Shown piece after piece: positions 62,160 through 64,000 of a DNA stretch of 64,000 bases (position 1 is the first letter of the stretch; every line of letters begins with the position of its first letter). The DNA is from Chloropicon primus. Its lineage: Eukaryota. The translations under genes were made by a program, and so were the position numbers. The DNA lies in NCBI GenBank assembly GCA_023205875.1, contig CP060762.1:310001-374000 (forward strand), in the 5' to 3' direction. The notes under the pieces are model-generated. The model was not told the DNA's origin and searched no databases. It saw only the letters and a program-made list of their open reading frames with translations.

Positions 62160-64000
62160 TCACTCATTGATGCACATCTTCGACACAAGGTCCGTCACAG
62201 AAGAGGACAGCGTTCCAAGCTCCAATTCCAGCCCAGAGACTTCGTCCGCATCTGCACCCTTCCTGGAGGACCTCTGAATGAACTGGACCGTCTTTTTGTG
62301 GAGCTCTTCCACCAAATTGTACTCGTCCTCCTCCAAGACTTCTGAGAGTTGCTTCAGGGCAAACGACAAGAGCTTCCCAGGCAAATTCAGCATGCAGTCC
62401 TTCTTCCTGGCATATATGAGGGGAACCGCGATTGCGATCGTAGAAGTCAGCACCTGGTTCGAGTTCAGGCTCGTGAGGAGCTCGTTTTGGTACTCTTTCA
62501 CTGTCTTCTGCTCAAGCTTTTTGTCAAGCTTTGGAATCCTCTTCCCGCAGAATTCGGAGGAAGCATCTTCAACTTGAATGATGGCCTCCTCCAGCCCCTT
62601 CTTCTGGATGCAGCCAACAAGCTCCACTGCGCTCTTTGAGATGTCCTTGGGAAGCGCTTTCGCTACAGTCAGCCTCTCCTTGTCCGTGAGGCTCTTCGTG
62701 CTTTTCGAGAGTTCACTGACTTCGTCGCCCAGGTCTTGACCTATGCCGAACGCTTGGAGCGCGCTGAGCTTGAGAATGTCATCCACCTGGGGGAGGACCG
62801 CCGTCCTGACAAGGTGGCGGTCCAGCTGCGAATGAGTCGCGTTCATTTCCGAGTCGCTGTCGCCCTCTTCCTCAGTCTTAGGAATCAAAATCCACAAGGA
62901 TTTGGAATAGACAGAGAGCTGGTGAGCTCTCTTGATGACTGACTGAGAGAGTGCCTCAGACCGCACTCTCCTCGCCTCGGCATCGGCCTTGAGGTTCTGC
63001 TTCAGTGCTTCCCTGTGCTCGCTGTGCGCAAAGTGGATGAAGTGGCTTGACAACGCATGCAGGAGCGTGACATCGTCCCCGGTGTATTCCAGCTCATCGT
63101 CCACGACCCTCAGGAATTCTTCTATGCTGCCCCGAGAGGGAAGGGTGCTTGCATCATCATCTCCGACTTGGTCCCTTTGGGGTAAGGAGCTCCCGGCGCT
63201 CTTCTTCCCCTTTGCCGCCCCCTTGCCACCCTTCTTCCCCTTCTTCCCCTTCTTCCCCTTCCCCTTCCCCGTGTCCCAATCATCGTCATCATCAGAGTCT
63301 TCTTCTCGGGGCGCGGCCTCCGCGCTCCTCCCTTTCTTCCCCTTGGCACCGCCCTCTTTGGCCTTGGCCGCCTTTTTCTGCTCCATGATCTCCTGGGCCC
63401 GCTTCAGCACGCCGTCCTTGACGGCGGTCTTGCACTTGTCGCAGAACGCCTTGCTCACGAAGCAGGTGTCCGCCAGCAGGACGCCGACGGCCGAGGACAC
63501 GAGCTGGTTCACTTTCGGGGCCAGCCGGACGATGTCTCTCACGTCCCCGCCCGAGAATGGCGAGGGCAGGTGCTGAGTCATGTCGACGTAGGTGCCGCTC
63601 GAAACGCAGTCGTCCAGTGCGGCGTCCAGGGGCGGGAGCACCTCTGCCGAGGCAAAGACGCTCTCGAGCGAGAACCCTTCCGGAAACCTTTCCCGGAGGT
63701 ACTTGTCGGGCTTCTGAATCCCGAGCTTCTTCAAGGTCTCGTACTCGACGTAACCGTTCGACTTGAAGAAGGACAGGGCGCTCTCCTCCTGCACCTTCCC
63801 GTACAGGGTCGGCGTCCATATCATCGACCCCTTCTGGTACGTGCCGCAGACCTCCGACGCGCCGATCAGGCTGCTCACGATGTTCGGAATCAGGGCGTTG
63901 AGCGCGACGTCGTGTACCTTGAGCCTCGCGCACGCGCTCTTCAGGCTCAGCGGAGCGGCTGATCCCCTCAGAACTCCCCTCACGATCGCCCTCACCCGAG
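62160..64000 (-). CDS. UFL1: E3 UFM1-protein ligase 1 (UFL1)-like, 5' end beyond the window
   Basis: FFKSNGYVEYETLKKLGI, acidic/Lys-rich linker DDDDWDTGKGKGKK, LDKKLE, LNLPGK. Confidence 0.82.
   Translation of the reverse strand, partial: RVRAIVRGVLRGSAAPLSLKSACARLKVHDVALNALIPNIVSSLIGASEVCGTYQKGSMIWTPTLYGKVQEESALSFFKSNGYVEYETLKKLGIQKPDKYLRERFPEGFSLESVFASAEVLPPLDAALDDCVSSGTYVDMTQHLPSPFSGGDVRDIVRLAPKVNQLVSSAVGVLLADTCFVSKAFCDKCKTAVKDGVLKRAQEIMEQKKAAKAKEGGAKGKKGRSAEAAPREEDSDDDDDWDTGKGKGKKGKKGKKGGKGAAKGKKSAGSSLPQRDQVGDDDASTLPSRGSIEEFLRVVDDELEYTGDDVTLLHALSSHFIHFAHSEHREALKQNLKADAEARRVRSEALSQSVIKRAHQLSVYSKSLWILIPKTEEEGDSDSEMNATHSQLDRHLVRTAVLPQVDDILKLSALQAFGIGQDLGDEVSELSKSTKSLTDKERLTVAKALPKDISKSAVELVGCIQKKGLEEAIIQVEDASSEFCGKRIPKLDKKLEQKTVKEYQNELLTSLNSNQVLTSTIAIAVPLIYARKKDCMLNLPGKLLSFALKQLSEVLEEDEYNLVEELHKKTVQFIQRSSRKGADADEVSGLELELGTLSSSVTDLVSKMCINE

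Noticed and set aside
1..64000. tRNA, rRNA or other structured RNA genes
   Set aside because: None recognised by eye; tRNAscan-SE/Infernal would be needed to exclude them

Overview
Gene-dense eukaryotic nuclear DNA with GC-rich third codon positions, few short GT-AG introns (CTGAC/CTAAC branch points), microsatellite-rich spacers and TGTAA poly(A)-type signals. This fits a compact chlorophyte green alga (Chloropicon-like; inferred, not proven). About 33 protein genes are present. Recognisable ones include a CDK11/CDKG-type kinase, BASS transporter, P4-ATPase, CEP164-like protein, VPS2, IBTK-like protein, NDC1-like protein, F-box/WD40, rhomboid, CBM20 protein, Utp7/WDR46, two methyltransferases, YqaJ nuclease, argininosuccinate lyase, CCS1, Nnf1, Ycf21/UbiC-like protein, KCTD-like protein, condensin CAP-G, class I HDAC and UFL1. 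Three things stand out. (1) Two paralogous, degenerate heterotrimeric G-alpha-like ORFs (2826-3869 - and 13148-14302 +), although model chlorophytes are generally considered to lack G-alpha. (2) A sulfotransferase-like/class IV aminotransferase gene split by a ~1.95 kb block, bounded by a 7-bp direct repeat, that carries an AP2-like plus tandem PD-(D/E)XK nuclease ORF and a truncated gene start. (3) A TCAB1/WRAP53-type WD40 protein fused to SAP-like motifs and four HMG boxes, three of them from a near-identical 339-bp tandem repeat. All family calls are from motif recognition by eye; no searches were run.
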